Below are positions 42,314 through 51,940 of a DNA stretch of 64,000 nucleotides, piece after piece. Origin of the DNA: an uncultured Chloroflexia bacterium (lineage in GTDB: Bacteria > Chloroflexota > Anaerolineae > CG2-30-64-16); NCBI GenBank assembly GCA_963810095.1, contig CAWEMM010000006.1, positions 992,001 through 1,056,000 of the forward strand, given 5' to 3'. The notes beneath the pieces are model-generated. The model made no database searches. It was given only the letters and a program-made list of their open reading frames with translations, and had not been told where the DNA came from. Made by a program: the position numbers and the translations under genes. Every line of letters starts with the position of its first letter. Within the stretch, counting starts at the first letter, position 1.

Positions 42314-42997
42314 ATGGCATCTCTCTTAGAAAAAGTCCGGGTGTTGGTCTCTGCGGACATGAATCGTCTCGTCGACCGCGGGCTCGGTGGGACAAGCCAG
42401 GAGGCTTTGTACCAGCACCATGTTCGCGAGCTGCAAACGCTGCAGGAACAGCTTGCCGGCCAGCTCGTATCGCTGCGGGCCGAGCTTAACCAGATGCAGA
42501 AACGCAGCGCGGAGCAGCAGGCCCTGGTGGCGAAGCAAGACGCGGAGGTCGATCAACTCCTGCAGGCCGGGCTTCAGGATGATGCGCTTGCCGCGCAGGA
42601 CCGGCTGAACCAGAGCCGCACGGCCGCGGCCGATGCCGCGGGCCGGGTGGAGCGGTTGGAAGCCGAGTACAAGGAAATGGCCGACACGAAGGCCCAGCTC
42701 GACCTGCGGATCGACACCCTTGTCCGGAACGAGCCCGAAGTCAGGAGCATGCTCGGGCTCGCCCGCGCCAAGCAGCTCACGGCCGCCGCACGGCAGTCGC
42801 TCGACGACCTGTCGGGCACGGGGGACCCGGACGCGGAACGGGTAGTGGGCGCCATCCGGACCCGCTTGGCCGAGGCCGAGGCCCAGCTGCAGGAACTTGA
42901 GCAGCGCGGGCTGGCCCACGGCGAAACCCCCGACGTGCTGAAACGTAAAGAACTAGAGGCGCAGCTGGAAGCGCGGAAGACGCGGCTGGGCCTGTAA
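42314..42997 (+). CDS. PspA/IM30 protein 2 (diverged paralogue)
   Basis: MASLLEKVRVLVSADM..LVD; SLDDLSG.GD.D shared with copy 1; ends in RKTRLGL. Confidence 0.82.
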   Translation: MASLLEKVRVLVSADMNRLVDRGLGGTSQEALYQHHVRELQTLQEQLAGQLVSLRAELNQMQKRSAEQQALVAKQDAEVDQLLQAGLQDDALAAQDRLNQSRTAAADAAGRVERLEAEYKEMADTKAQLDLRIDTLVRNEPEVRSMLGLARAKQLTAAARQSLDDLSGTGDPDAERVVGAIRTRLAEAEAQLQELEQRGLAHGETPDVLKRKELEAQLEARKTRLGL

Positions 42998-43069
42998 CTC
43001 GAGCTTTACCCGGGCCGGCCGCCGCGGCGGCCGGCCCGGGGGTATCGTGGAGGTTGTGAAGGAGACCCT

Positions 43070-44416
43070 ATGTCCCTTGCACCCATTATTGTCGCACTCG
43101 TCCTCGGCGTGGTCGCGCTTGTGGCAGCCATCTATTTCTTTGCCGCAGGCAGCGGCAAGCGCACGCAAGCCGTGTTTTTCCTCGTCGTTGGGCTCGTCCT
43201 GCTGGTCGTCGGCGGCGCGCTCGGCTGGCAGAGCTACAGCCAACAGAATCCGGGCGGCACGGCCGCGCCGTTGATCGCAGCCCCCAAGGGGCCGGTCCAG
43301 GTGCGCGTGCTCTCGGCGCTGCCCGTGGAGCCGTGGGTGCGCGAGGCGGCCAAAGCATTCAACGCGACGAAGCCAACCCAGGATGGTCAGCCGATCGAGG
43401 TCGTGGTGACCGCCCAGGATGGGCTGAGCGCGCTGGGCAAGTTCGACCGCGACGACTTCGGCTCGCTGGGCGACAAGACGCGCGACCAACTGACGCCCGA
43501 CGAGCTCAAGCGCCTGGAGACCACGTTCCCCACCGTCTGGATTCCGGATAGCCGCTACCTGGTGGAGCTGGCAAACGCCTCCTATAAGGAACGCATCGGC
43601 CGCGACGTCTTCCTGACGGATGGCGAGTACCGCGCCCGCCCGACTGCCGTCTCGCTGTTCGTCTGGGGCATCTACCAGAGCCGGGCCAACGTGCTCGAGC
43701 AGAAGTTTGGCGAGATCAACTGGAAGGCGATCCACGACGCGGCCATCGCGAAGGGTGGCTGGCCCGAGCTGGGCGGCGACAAGGGCTGGGGCTTCTTCAA
43801 GCTGGTGGTGCCCAACCCGCGGCGCAATGTGGGCGGTCTCGCCGCCATGATTGCCGCGGCCGGCGAATACTACGGCCGGACAAACATCTCGGTCGACGAT
43901 GTGACCAACCCTGACTTCCAGAAGTGGCTCGGCGAGTTGATGGGCTCGCTGACCGACGTCAGCGGCGCGAGCGCGTACACCGCAGAGGATTTCGCCCTGT
44001 TCGGCTATTCGGCAGGCGACGGCGGGCAGTTGTTGGAGAGCGACCTGCTCAAGAACATGGAGGGCATCCGCACCCGCTGGTCTGACCCGCTGGTGGTGCG
44101 CTACCCCGAATACGTAACGTGGTTCGACTTCCCGTACACGATTTGGGTCGGCCCAGAGACGACCGCGGCCGAGAAGAACGCGGCGCTCCAGTTCCAGCAG
44201 TTCCTGCTGACACCCGAGATGCAGAAGCTGGCGGTGCAGTCGGGTCTGCGGCCGGTGACCAACGACGTAAACGTGACCGAGGGCGACAACCTGTTCACCA
44301 AATGGCAGAGCCAGGGCGTTGCGTCCGTGGTGCCCCGCACCACACGTATGGCCTCGCCGAGCCGTGACGTGCTGCTCGCGCTGCTGCGCTGGTTTGACTT
44401 GAACGTGGGGAAGTGA
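43070..44416 (+). CDS. Membrane-anchored extracellular solute-binding-like protein
   Basis: Two N-terminal TM helices; PTVWIPDS, YES-like motif LLESDL, YP...WFDFPY, FLLTPEMQK.AV.SGLRP. Confidence 0.75.
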   Translation: MSLAPIIVALVLGVVALVAAIYFFAAGSGKRTQAVFFLVVGLVLLVVGGALGWQSYSQQNPGGTAAPLIAAPKGPVQVRVLSALPVEPWVREAAKAFNATKPTQDGQPIEVVVTAQDGLSALGKFDRDDFGSLGDKTRDQLTPDELKRLETTFPTVWIPDSRYLVELANASYKERIGRDVFLTDGEYRARPTAVSLFVWGIYQSRANVLEQKFGEINWKAIHDAAIAKGGWPELGGDKGWGFFKLVVPNPRRNVGGLAAMIAAAGEYYGRTNISVDDVTNPDFQKWLGELMGSLTDVSGASAYTAEDFALFGYSAGDGGQLLESDLLKNMEGIRTRWSDPLVVRYPEYVTWFDFPYTIWVGPETTAAEKNAALQFQQFLLTPEMQKLAVQSGLRPVTNDVNVTEGDNLFTKWQSQGVASVVPRTTRMASPSRDVLLALLRWFDLNVGK

Positions 44417-44417
44417 C

Positions 44418-46176
44418 ATGAGCGCGGACAATAACCGCTCGCGATCCAACCGGCGCAGCGGCCAGCCCACCCCGCAGCGCGGCATCGCCGTCGCGGCCGC
44501 GTTGGCCGGCGTCGTGCTCTTGTGCATCTGCGTGTCGATCGTCCTGATACTCTTCCCGACCAAGCGCACGAGCACACCCGGGGCCGAAGCACCCCAGCCG
44601 GATGCCAAGAATCCGACCTTGGTCATCGCACACTCGCCCGAGAAGGCGGCGCTGATCAAGACACTCAGCGACGGGTTCAACGCGCAGCGCCAACGCACGC
44701 CCGATGGCCAGACGATGGCGATCCGCCTGCTCGAAATGACGCCGGAGGAGATGGTCAACCGCACGCTGGCCGGCGAAAGCGGCTTCCAGGCCATCACGCC
44801 CGACTCGTCGCTCTGGCTCGACCAACTAAATCGCCGGTGGGCGCAGAACCAGCCCGCGCCGGCTTCGGGCGGCGCCATTGCTCAAAGCCTGACCGGCGAG
44901 CCCGTGCGCTACGCGATCAGCCCGATCGTGATTGCGGCCTGGGAAGATGTGGCGCGCGGGCTCGGCTGGCCGGACCAACCGGTGAGCTGGAGCACGCTTG
45001 CAGAGCCGGGCGCAGAGCGACCCGAATTTCCGCTGGAGCCACCCGAGCACCGCGTACGCCAGCGGCCTCCTGGCGACCCTCGCCGAGTTCTATGCCGGCG
45101 CAGGGGTCCAGCGGGGCTTGACCGCCGACATGGCACAGGATCAGAAGACCGTCGACTACGTCAGCGCGATCGAGAAGACGGTCAAGTACTATGGCGAGGC
45201 CGAGCTGGCGGTGATGCAGCGGATCAGCCAGGACCGCAAGGCGCTCGACGCGTTCGTCGTCTCCGAGCAGCTCGTAACCGCCTTCAATACGGGCAAGTTC
45301 GGCAACCAGGCCGACAAATTGGTCGCACTCTACCCGGCCGAAGGCACCTTCTGGGCCGACCACCCGCTCGCGCTGCTCGAGACGCCCGCGCTCACCGATA
45401 ACCAGCGGCGGACGTTCCAGGCCTTCCGCGAGTACCTGGCCAGCCCGGAAAGCCAGAAGCAGGTGCTCCAGGCCGGCTACCGGCCGGCAGACCTGGGCCT
45501 CTCGCTTACCGGCGAAGGGTCGCCGCTGACGGCGGCAAACGGCGTCGACCCGAAACAGCCGCAAACGACGCTGCAACTGCCGGCCGCAGACGTCGTCCAG
45601 GTCGTCCAGAATGTGTGGGCCCTGACCAAGCGGAAGACCAACGTATTCCTGGTGGTCGACACGTCCGGATCGATGCAGGGCAGCAAGCTCGACGGCGCAA
45701 AGTCGGCCCTGCGCACCTTCCTGCAGCAGATCCCCAGCGACCAGGAGAAGGTCGGCCTCGTCGAATTCAACACGGGGATTGCCAACATTATCGAGCTGGA
45801 CACACTGGCCAACAACCGCGCGACGCTGAACGGGACGGTGGACGGCCTGCGGGCGAACGGCAACACCGCACTGCTCGATGCGGTCCGCACTGCCTATAAC
45901 CGGCTGCAGCAAACGGGCGATCCGGAGCGTATCAACGCCATCGTCGCCATGACGGACGGCCGCGAGAATGCCTCGATGGTGAGCCTGCGCCAACTCGTCG
46001 ACGAAATCCGCCAGGGCAACCAGAACGTGCCCGTGGTGATCTTCTGCATCGCATACGGCAAGGACGCCGATTACGAGGTGTTGCAGGCGATTGCGAATGC
46101 AAGCGGCGGCCAGGTGCGCGAAGGGAACGAAGAGACCATTCGTGAGCTGTACAAGATCCTTTCGAGCTACTTCTGA
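44418..46176 (+). CDS. TM-anchored solute-binding domain plus vWA fusion protein (apparent +1 frameshift at ~44998)
   Basis: AHSPEK, ITPDSSLW, SPIVIA, HP..YASGL, YPAEGTFWADHP; MIDAS motif VDTSGSM..NTAL..MTDGREN. Confidence 0.82.
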
Positions 46177-47069
46177 TGACTGAATCAGTTCGCGATCGCC
46201 TCGAAAAGGACGTCGGCAAGGCGCTTTTGCGCAACGCGGTCTTCGGCTGGGAGAGCGCAGTGATGGTCGGCGGTACGGTGGCTGCGGCCGCCCTTCTGCC
46301 GAACGTGATTCCGATTATTCCCTGGTTCCTGTGGGTGCTGGTCGGCATCGTCGGCGAGACCGCGGTAATCATCACCCGGCTAACAGACAAGGCCGAGCAG
46401 CAGAAGGCGCTCGAGGGCCTGTTCCGGGAGAAGTACAGCATCTCCGGCATCCGTGACCGCAATCTGCAGGAGAAGCTCAAGGAAGCGGAGCAGTACCGCC
46501 AGCGGATTCAAGCCGTGGTCGACCAGCACAGAGAAGGCGTGCTCCGTGACCGGCTCAAGCGCACCACCGACCAGGTCTACGACTGGATCGCCAACATGGT
46601 CACCCTGGCCCGGCGCCTCGACGTGTACCGCTCGGACCCGATCCTGAGGCGCGACCTGGAGCATGTGCCGCGGGAGGTGGAGCGGCTTAAGGCCCGGCTG
46701 TCAGTGGAGCGTGACCCGCGGGTCCGCGAGCAGCTGAACACGACGCTCGACTCGAACCAGCAGCAGATTCAGTCGCTTAGCGAGCTGCGGGGCCGCATGG
46801 ACCGGGCCGATCTGCAGCTCGATCATTCGCTGGCGGCGCTAGGGACCGTCTACTCGCAGCTGCTCCTGATCGGCACCAACGAGGTCGACTCGGACCGCGC
46901 AGACCAGCTACGGGACGACATTCGTGGCGAAGTCCTCGCCTTGAAGGACATCGTCGACTCGCTGAACGAAGTCTACGACGCGACGTCGGCCGCGTCGCAG
47001 ACGGCGCTGTCGCCGGAACAGACCGAGGCCGCCCGGCGCCTGCAAAAAACGGATCGCGCAGACAGGTAA
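46176..47069 (+). CDS. Membrane-anchored coiled-coil protein
   Basis: Overlapping TGATG junction with the vWA gene; two TM helices followed by ~200 aa of heptad-rich helix. Confidence 0.75.
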   Translation: MTESVRDRLEKDVGKALLRNAVFGWESAVMVGGTVAAAALLPNVIPIIPWFLWVLVGIVGETAVIITRLTDKAEQQKALEGLFREKYSISGIRDRNLQEKLKEAEQYRQRIQAVVDQHREGVLRDRLKRTTDQVYDWIANMVTLARRLDVYRSDPILRRDLEHVPREVERLKARLSVERDPRVREQLNTTLDSNQQQIQSLSELRGRMDRADLQLDHSLAALGTVYSQLLLIGTNEVDSDRADQLRDDIRGEVLALKDIVDSLNEVYDATSAASQTALSPEQTEAARRLQKTDRADR

Positions 47070-47078
47070 GGACTGAAT

Positions 47079-47134
47079 AACACAAAGCCACAAAGACACG
47101 CAGACAAAGCAGGGTGTCGTTGTGTCTTTGTGTT
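47079..47134. repeat. Inverted repeat of 9-nt units (CACAAAGAC family), copy 2
   Basis: AACACAAAGCCACAAAGACAC ... TTGTGTCTTTGTGTT. Confidence 0.65.
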
Positions 47135-47146
47135 GAAGGAGCATCC

Positions 47147-48295
47147 ATGAGGCACACGATTCTCGCTGTTGCTCTGGTAATCATTGCCGTGATCGTCGCG
47201 GCCTGCGGCGGCGGAGGAGCGGCCGCGCCGACAAAGGGCGACGCGACCGTTTACGTCGCCGGCCCGCTGTCGGGATTCCAGGCCAATACCGGCCAGACGG
47301 TCGCCGGCGGCGTCCGCCTGATGGCCGAGCAGTTGAACCGGTCGGGCGGATTGTTGGGTTACAAGGTCAAGGTGGTTGCACTCGACGACGAGGCGGACTC
47401 GGATGTGGCGCTGACCGTTGCGGGCAAAATCAAGGACGCGGTGGACAGCGGCGAAAAGGTCGTCGGGATCATCGGGCATCCGAATTCCGGCCAGACCGAG
47501 GCCGCGATGGGGGTGTACAAGGACCTGAATGTGGTCGTCATCACGCCCACGGCGTCTGAAGTCTCGCTGACGAAGCAAGGGTACCGCAACTTCTTCCGGG
47601 TCAACGCGGCGAACGATCTGCAGGCCAAGACCGGCGCGGAATACCTGGTCAACAAGCTGGGTGCAAAGAAGATCGCAGTGCTCTTCAACGACGACACATA
47701 CGGCAAGGACCTGGGTCAGCGGGTGGCCGACGATCTCAAGGGGCTCGGCGCGGACGTGCCTGTGTCGCTGCAGGTCAAGGTCGAGCAGAACCGCTTTCCC
47801 GACGAGGTCGCCAAGGTCAAGCAGGCGGGCGTCGACGCCATCTATTACGCGGGTTACGAGGTCGAGTGCCCGTACCTGCGCGCCGACCTGCGCGATGCGG
47901 GCCTCAGCAACCTGACGTTTATGGCCTCCGACGGCTGCTTCCTGGCGGCCACCATCGACAACTCGGATGGCGCCGCCGAAGGCATGTACGTGACGGGCTT
48001 CGCGCCCAGCCCGAAGACCTCCGTCGACCAGCAGTGGGTGTCGGCATACCAGGCCGTCGAGTTCCGCAATCCTGACACGTATTCCGTCAATGGCTACAGC
48101 GCCATGCAAGTGCTGGCCGAGGGCATCAAGAAGGCCGGCTCGCTGGACGGCCGCAAGATCGAGGACGCCATTCGCCAACTTGATATCAAGACCCCACTGG
48201 GCGAAGTGCAGTACCAGGACAACGGCGACTTGAAGGCCGCCCAGATTTACATCTTCCAGGTGAAGGACGGGCAGTTCACTCAGGTGGCGCCGTAG
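47147..48295 (+). CDS. LivJ/K-type branched-chain amino-acid-binding lipoprotein (orphan)
   Basis: Lipobox VAAC; GPLSG, LDD, IGHPNSG, FFRV, DTYG, YSA, TPLG. Confidence 0.88.
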   Translation: MRHTILAVALVIIAVIVAACGGGGAAAPTKGDATVYVAGPLSGFQANTGQTVAGGVRLMAEQLNRSGGLLGYKVKVVALDDEADSDVALTVAGKIKDAVDSGEKVVGIIGHPNSGQTEAAMGVYKDLNVVVITPTASEVSLTKQGYRNFFRVNAANDLQAKTGAEYLVNKLGAKKIAVLFNDDTYGKDLGQRVADDLKGLGADVPVSLQVKVEQNRFPDEVAKVKQAGVDAIYYAGYEVECPYLRADLRDAGLSNLTFMASDGCFLAATIDNSDGAAEGMYVTGFAPSPKTSVDQQWVSAYQAVEFRNPDTYSVNGYSAMQVLAEGIKKAGSLDGRKIEDAIRQLDIKTPLGEVQYQDNGDLKAAQIYIFQVKDGQFTQVAP

Positions 48296-48390
48296 TCAAC
48301 CGCGCTCGAAGCGTGTAAAAAGGCAAGCCCACGCAGTGCGTCGGCTTGCCTTTTTACACTTAGAAAATACTACCTGCTATACTGTCTCGC

Positions 48391-49669
48391 ATGACCGACA
48401 ACAACTACACTCTACTGGCTGTGTTTGCCCACCCCGACGACGAAATCGGCGCGGGATCGACGTTCGCCCACTACAGCGACGCGGGCGTGCGGATTGTGCT
48501 GGCGTGCGCGACGCGCGGGGAAGCGGCGACCATCTTCTGCGAGGACTGCGCCACCCCCGAGACGCTCGCGGACGTCCGCACGATTGAGCTGCAGTGCGCC
48601 TGCGACCACCTGGGCATCCAGGAGCTGCGCTGGCTCGACTGGCCGGACGGCGGGATCAAAGACCTGCCGCGAGCCGAGGCGGTGCGCCAGGTCGTCGAGC
48701 TGATTCGCGACGTGCATCCTACTATCGTCGTGACCCACCCCGCGAACGGCCTCTACCCGCATCCCGATCACCTCGCCGTCTGGGAGATCGTGCGAACGGC
48801 GTTCGACGCAGCGGGCGACGAGCAGCAGTATGGAGATGCGGGCCCCGCCTGGAAGCCGCTGCGGCTTTTCACGCGGGCCATGCCCCAGAGCCTCTTCGAG
48901 CGCGCGCCAGGGCTGCAAGAGTTCAGGGTCGAGTTGAACGGCGAGCTGCTGCCATTCATGGGCACGCCCGACGACGAGATCGACGTCACCATGCACGTGG
49001 GCCCCACGGTCGCCCGGCGCATGGCTGCGTGGGCTTGCCACCGCTCACAGCATAACCCGAAGGGCTTTTCGACGGTCATGCCCGACGGTCTGCGTGAGGA
49101 GATGGCGGCGAACGAGCAGTTCTTGCTGGCGACCGGCGCACCGCTGCCTGCGGGCACCAGCGACGATCTCTTCGCCGGTCTCGAAGAAGGCGACACCTAC
49201 TTGGTCGGCAGCGCCGGCGCAGCCCCCGACGCCGCGCCTGCCGAGCAAACGGAAGAGGCGTCTCCAGTCTCGCCGGCCTACCTCAGGCTGGTCCTCGCGG
49301 AGCTCACGCGGCATATCACGTTGTCCGAGGCGCTCAAGCTCTACCAGCACAACCCCCAGGAAGCCAAGCAGAGCAGCCTGTACCACCAACTGGCCGGCAC
49401 GGAGCAGGAAATCCTCTATCGCCTGGCGCGCACGCTGCGGCGGCTGGACGCGGGCGCGGGCAAGATCGAGCCGGATCCGGCCATCATGCGCGAGGCGCGG
49501 CGGCGCAACCGGCCCGAGCCGCGGCGCGAGTTCCTGCTAAACCGCATGGAGGTGGCGTACGGGCGCCTGCAAGACAACGGACGCAGCGCGACGGTCGCCG
49601 AAGAGCGCGAGGCGTGGGATGAGCTGGCCGCGCTGGCGCGGCGGATCGGTCGAGCTGCTGAAAGAGTAA
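48391..49669 (+). CDS. PIG-L/MshB-family N-acetyl deacetylase with an extra C-terminal helical domain
   Basis: VFAHPDDE, ATRGE, HPDH, ACHRSQ; removing one G near 49648 gives the ending ..RIVELLKE* at 49669. Confidence 0.8.
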
Positions 49670-49800
49670 GACCGCGTAAAACAAACCCGGCCCTGCATCA
49701 AGGCTTGCCTTGCCTGCAGAACCGGGTTGTCCCGCCTGGGTAAATGACCGGGCTCGCGTCGCCGGGGGAACTGCGGCGCGAGGCCCGGCCCGTGATATCG

Positions 49801-51627
49801 CTAGATGATCTCCAGTTCCTTCAGCTTGCTCTCGGGCACCACGCCGTCGACCCAGCCGCGCTCCGTGTAGTACTCGGCCTTCATCTCGTCCAGCTCACAC
49901 ACCTGGCCCTTCGAACCGCCGAAGGTCGACGGCTCGGTCAGGAAGCGCGCCGGCAGGCTGTCATCCTTCCCGGTGAAGCCGTTCAGGTTATTGTAGTACC
50001 GCTCGAGGTTATACACCCGCTCGCCCACCTGGAAGAGGTAGTCGGCCGTGCAGGGCGCGCCGGTGATGGCCGCAAACTGCGCCGCGAAGCCGTCCATCGA
50101 CTCGGAGAAGGTGGCGAACTTGCAGATGTCCAGGCAGTCGGTAACGGCGTGGACATTCTGGAAGATCATGATCAGCTTGCCCTTGCCCTTGTAGGCCAGC
50201 GGATCGACGACGTCGGTGGGACCGAGCACGTTGCCGGCCACTTCGGCCGCCGGCGTGTAACCGCGCAGGTGACACGCGCCGCGATTCGAGGTGGCATAGC
50301 CGATGCCCATGCCCTTGATGCCGCGCGGGTCATAGGCGGGGATGCCCTGGTCTTTCACCGCCATGGCGAGCTCCGGATGGCCGAGCTTCTTCGCGGCCTT
50401 GCCTGTGCCCTCTGCCAGGATGTCGCCGATCCCTTCGCGGAACGCCACCTTGCGCCCCATCTCGACCATGGCATGTGTGTCGCCCCAGGCGAGCGGCTCC
50501 GCTGCATAGCCGCACTCGGAGTACTCCATGTACATTGCCAGCACGGTGCCGATTTCGATCGCGTCGTAGCCGTAGTCATTCGCCCGGTCGATCATGTACG
50601 CCACCGACGCAATGTCGTCGTTCCCGCAGAACGCGCCCACAGACCAGGCCGGCTCGTACTCCACGCTCTCCATCCGCACCTTGAACGGGCCTTCCGTGAC
50701 CTCGACCTCTTTCTTGCAGGCCACAGGGCAGGCGTGACACGTGGGGTCTTCCACCAGGATCGTCGCCTTCACGTGCTCGCCCGACAGCAGTTCCGCACGG
50801 TCGCCAAACGAAGTGATCTGGCCGTTGCGCGTGGGCAGTCCGCCCATGCTGCTCGTGATGTTCATCAGCACGTTCGTGCCATAAACCGACAGCCCGCCCT
50901 TGCGCGGCGAGGTCAACACTCGCTCGTCAGAGAGCTGCGCCAGGGCCACTTTCTGTGCTTCCCGGAATGCTTCCCGATCTACGGGCCGCGGCCGGTCGGC
51001 ATGCTTGCCCTTGATGACGATGGCCTTCAGGTTCTTGCTGCCGGCCACTGCGCCGGTGCCGCCGCGACCCGACGAGCGGTCGTTCTCGTTCATCCAGCAG
51101 GCGAACTTCACTAGGTTCTCGCCCGCCGGCCCGATGCAGATGATGCTCACGTCCTTCTCGCCGTGCCGCGCCTGCAGCGTCTTGATGGTCTGGTGCACGC
51201 CCATGCCCCACAGGTCTGTCGCGGGCTGGAACGTGATCTCGTTGTTTTCCACGATCGCGTACACCGGTTCGGGCGCCTTGCCCTTGAACACGATGCCATC
51301 CAGCCCGGCCCACTTCAGCCGTGCGCCCGACCACCCGCCGTGATGCGAGTCGGTCACCGTGCCGGTCAGCGGCGACTTGGTCACAAACGCAATGCGGCCG
51401 CTCAGGTTGACATCGGTGCCGCTGAGCGGTCCCGTCATCAGGGCCAGGATGTTCTCCGGAGAGAGCGGATCGACCAGCGGGCCGTTGTCAAACACGTACT
51501 TCACGCCCAAGCCGCGCGCACCCACGTACAGCCGCGCGTCTTCGTCCGCAATGGGCTTGTATTCGACCGCACCGTCGGTCAGGTCGACCCAAGCCACCCG
51601 ATTCTTATAACCACCCAAGTTCATCAT
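49801..51627 (-). CDS. aor: Aldehyde:ferredoxin oxidoreductase (W/Mo-bispterin)
   Basis: KSPLTG, GRGGTGAV.GSKNLKAI, CHACPVAC, EYE, YDPRG, RGACH, DCL.ICKF; GGAGG RBS. Confidence 0.93.
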   Translation of the reverse strand: MMNLGGYKNRVAWVDLTDGAVEYKPIADEDARLYVGARGLGVKYVFDNGPLVDPLSPENILALMTGPLSGTDVNLSGRIAFVTKSPLTGTVTDSHHGGWSGARLKWAGLDGIVFKGKAPEPVYAIVENNEITFQPATDLWGMGVHQTIKTLQARHGEKDVSIICIGPAGENLVKFACWMNENDRSSGRGGTGAVAGSKNLKAIVIKGKHADRPRPVDREAFREAQKVALAQLSDERVLTSPRKGGLSVYGTNVLMNITSSMGGLPTRNGQITSFGDRAELLSGEHVKATILVEDPTCHACPVACKKEVEVTEGPFKVRMESVEYEPAWSVGAFCGNDDIASVAYMIDRANDYGYDAIEIGTVLAMYMEYSECGYAAEPLAWGDTHAMVEMGRKVAFREGIGDILAEGTGKAAKKLGHPELAMAVKDQGIPAYDPRGIKGMGIGYATSNRGACHLRGYTPAAEVAGNVLGPTDVVDPLAYKGKGKLIMIFQNVHAVTDCLDICKFATFSESMDGFAAQFAAITGAPCTADYLFQVGERVYNLERYYNNLNGFTGKDDSLPARFLTEPSTFGGSKGQVCELDEMKAEYYTERGWVDGVVPESKLKELEII

Positions 51628-51657
51628 TCACCTCCATGTGATAGGGTAATAGGCAAC

Positions 51658-51703
51658 AAAAAGCCGGGGACCGCTATGCGAGATTCACATAGCGGTCCCC
51701 GGC
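51658..51703 (-). terminator. Strong intrinsic terminator inside the aor 5' leader
   Basis: 16-bp perfect stem GCCGGGGACCGCTATG/CATAGCGGTCCCCGGC followed by TTTTTGTT on the minus strand. Confidence 0.8.
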
Positions 51704-51866
51704 GTGCTCAACGACCTGAGGAGTCTTGCCAACGCGACGGCTGGCGATTCCCCGGCCCGGCGGCTGTTGGCGCGGGAACGGGAGCGGATGTCTCATTCAG
51801 AAATGTTCGGGCGACACCAAAAGACGTAAGGTACCGTGAATAACGTAAAGGGGCTTACAATCTGCA

Positions 51867-51895
51867 ATTATAACGGCCGCATTCTGGTCGCGCAA
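51867..51895 (-). promoter_or_regulatory. Probable aor promoter with an overlapping imperfect palindrome
   Basis: TTGCGC-17 bp-TATAAT on the minus strand; TTACAAT-N5-ATTATAA at 51855-51873. Confidence 0.55.
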
Positions 51896-51940
51896 ATCCG
51901 GAAAGGGGGGCTGCACCTCGGCGATTGGACGGCTAAGAAC

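Noticed and set aside
51674-51796. 40-codon minus-strand uORF (MRHPLPFPR...) ending in the aor leader terminator
   Set aside because: It has no RBS and no informative codon run, and an ORF of this length is expected by chance at this GC content.
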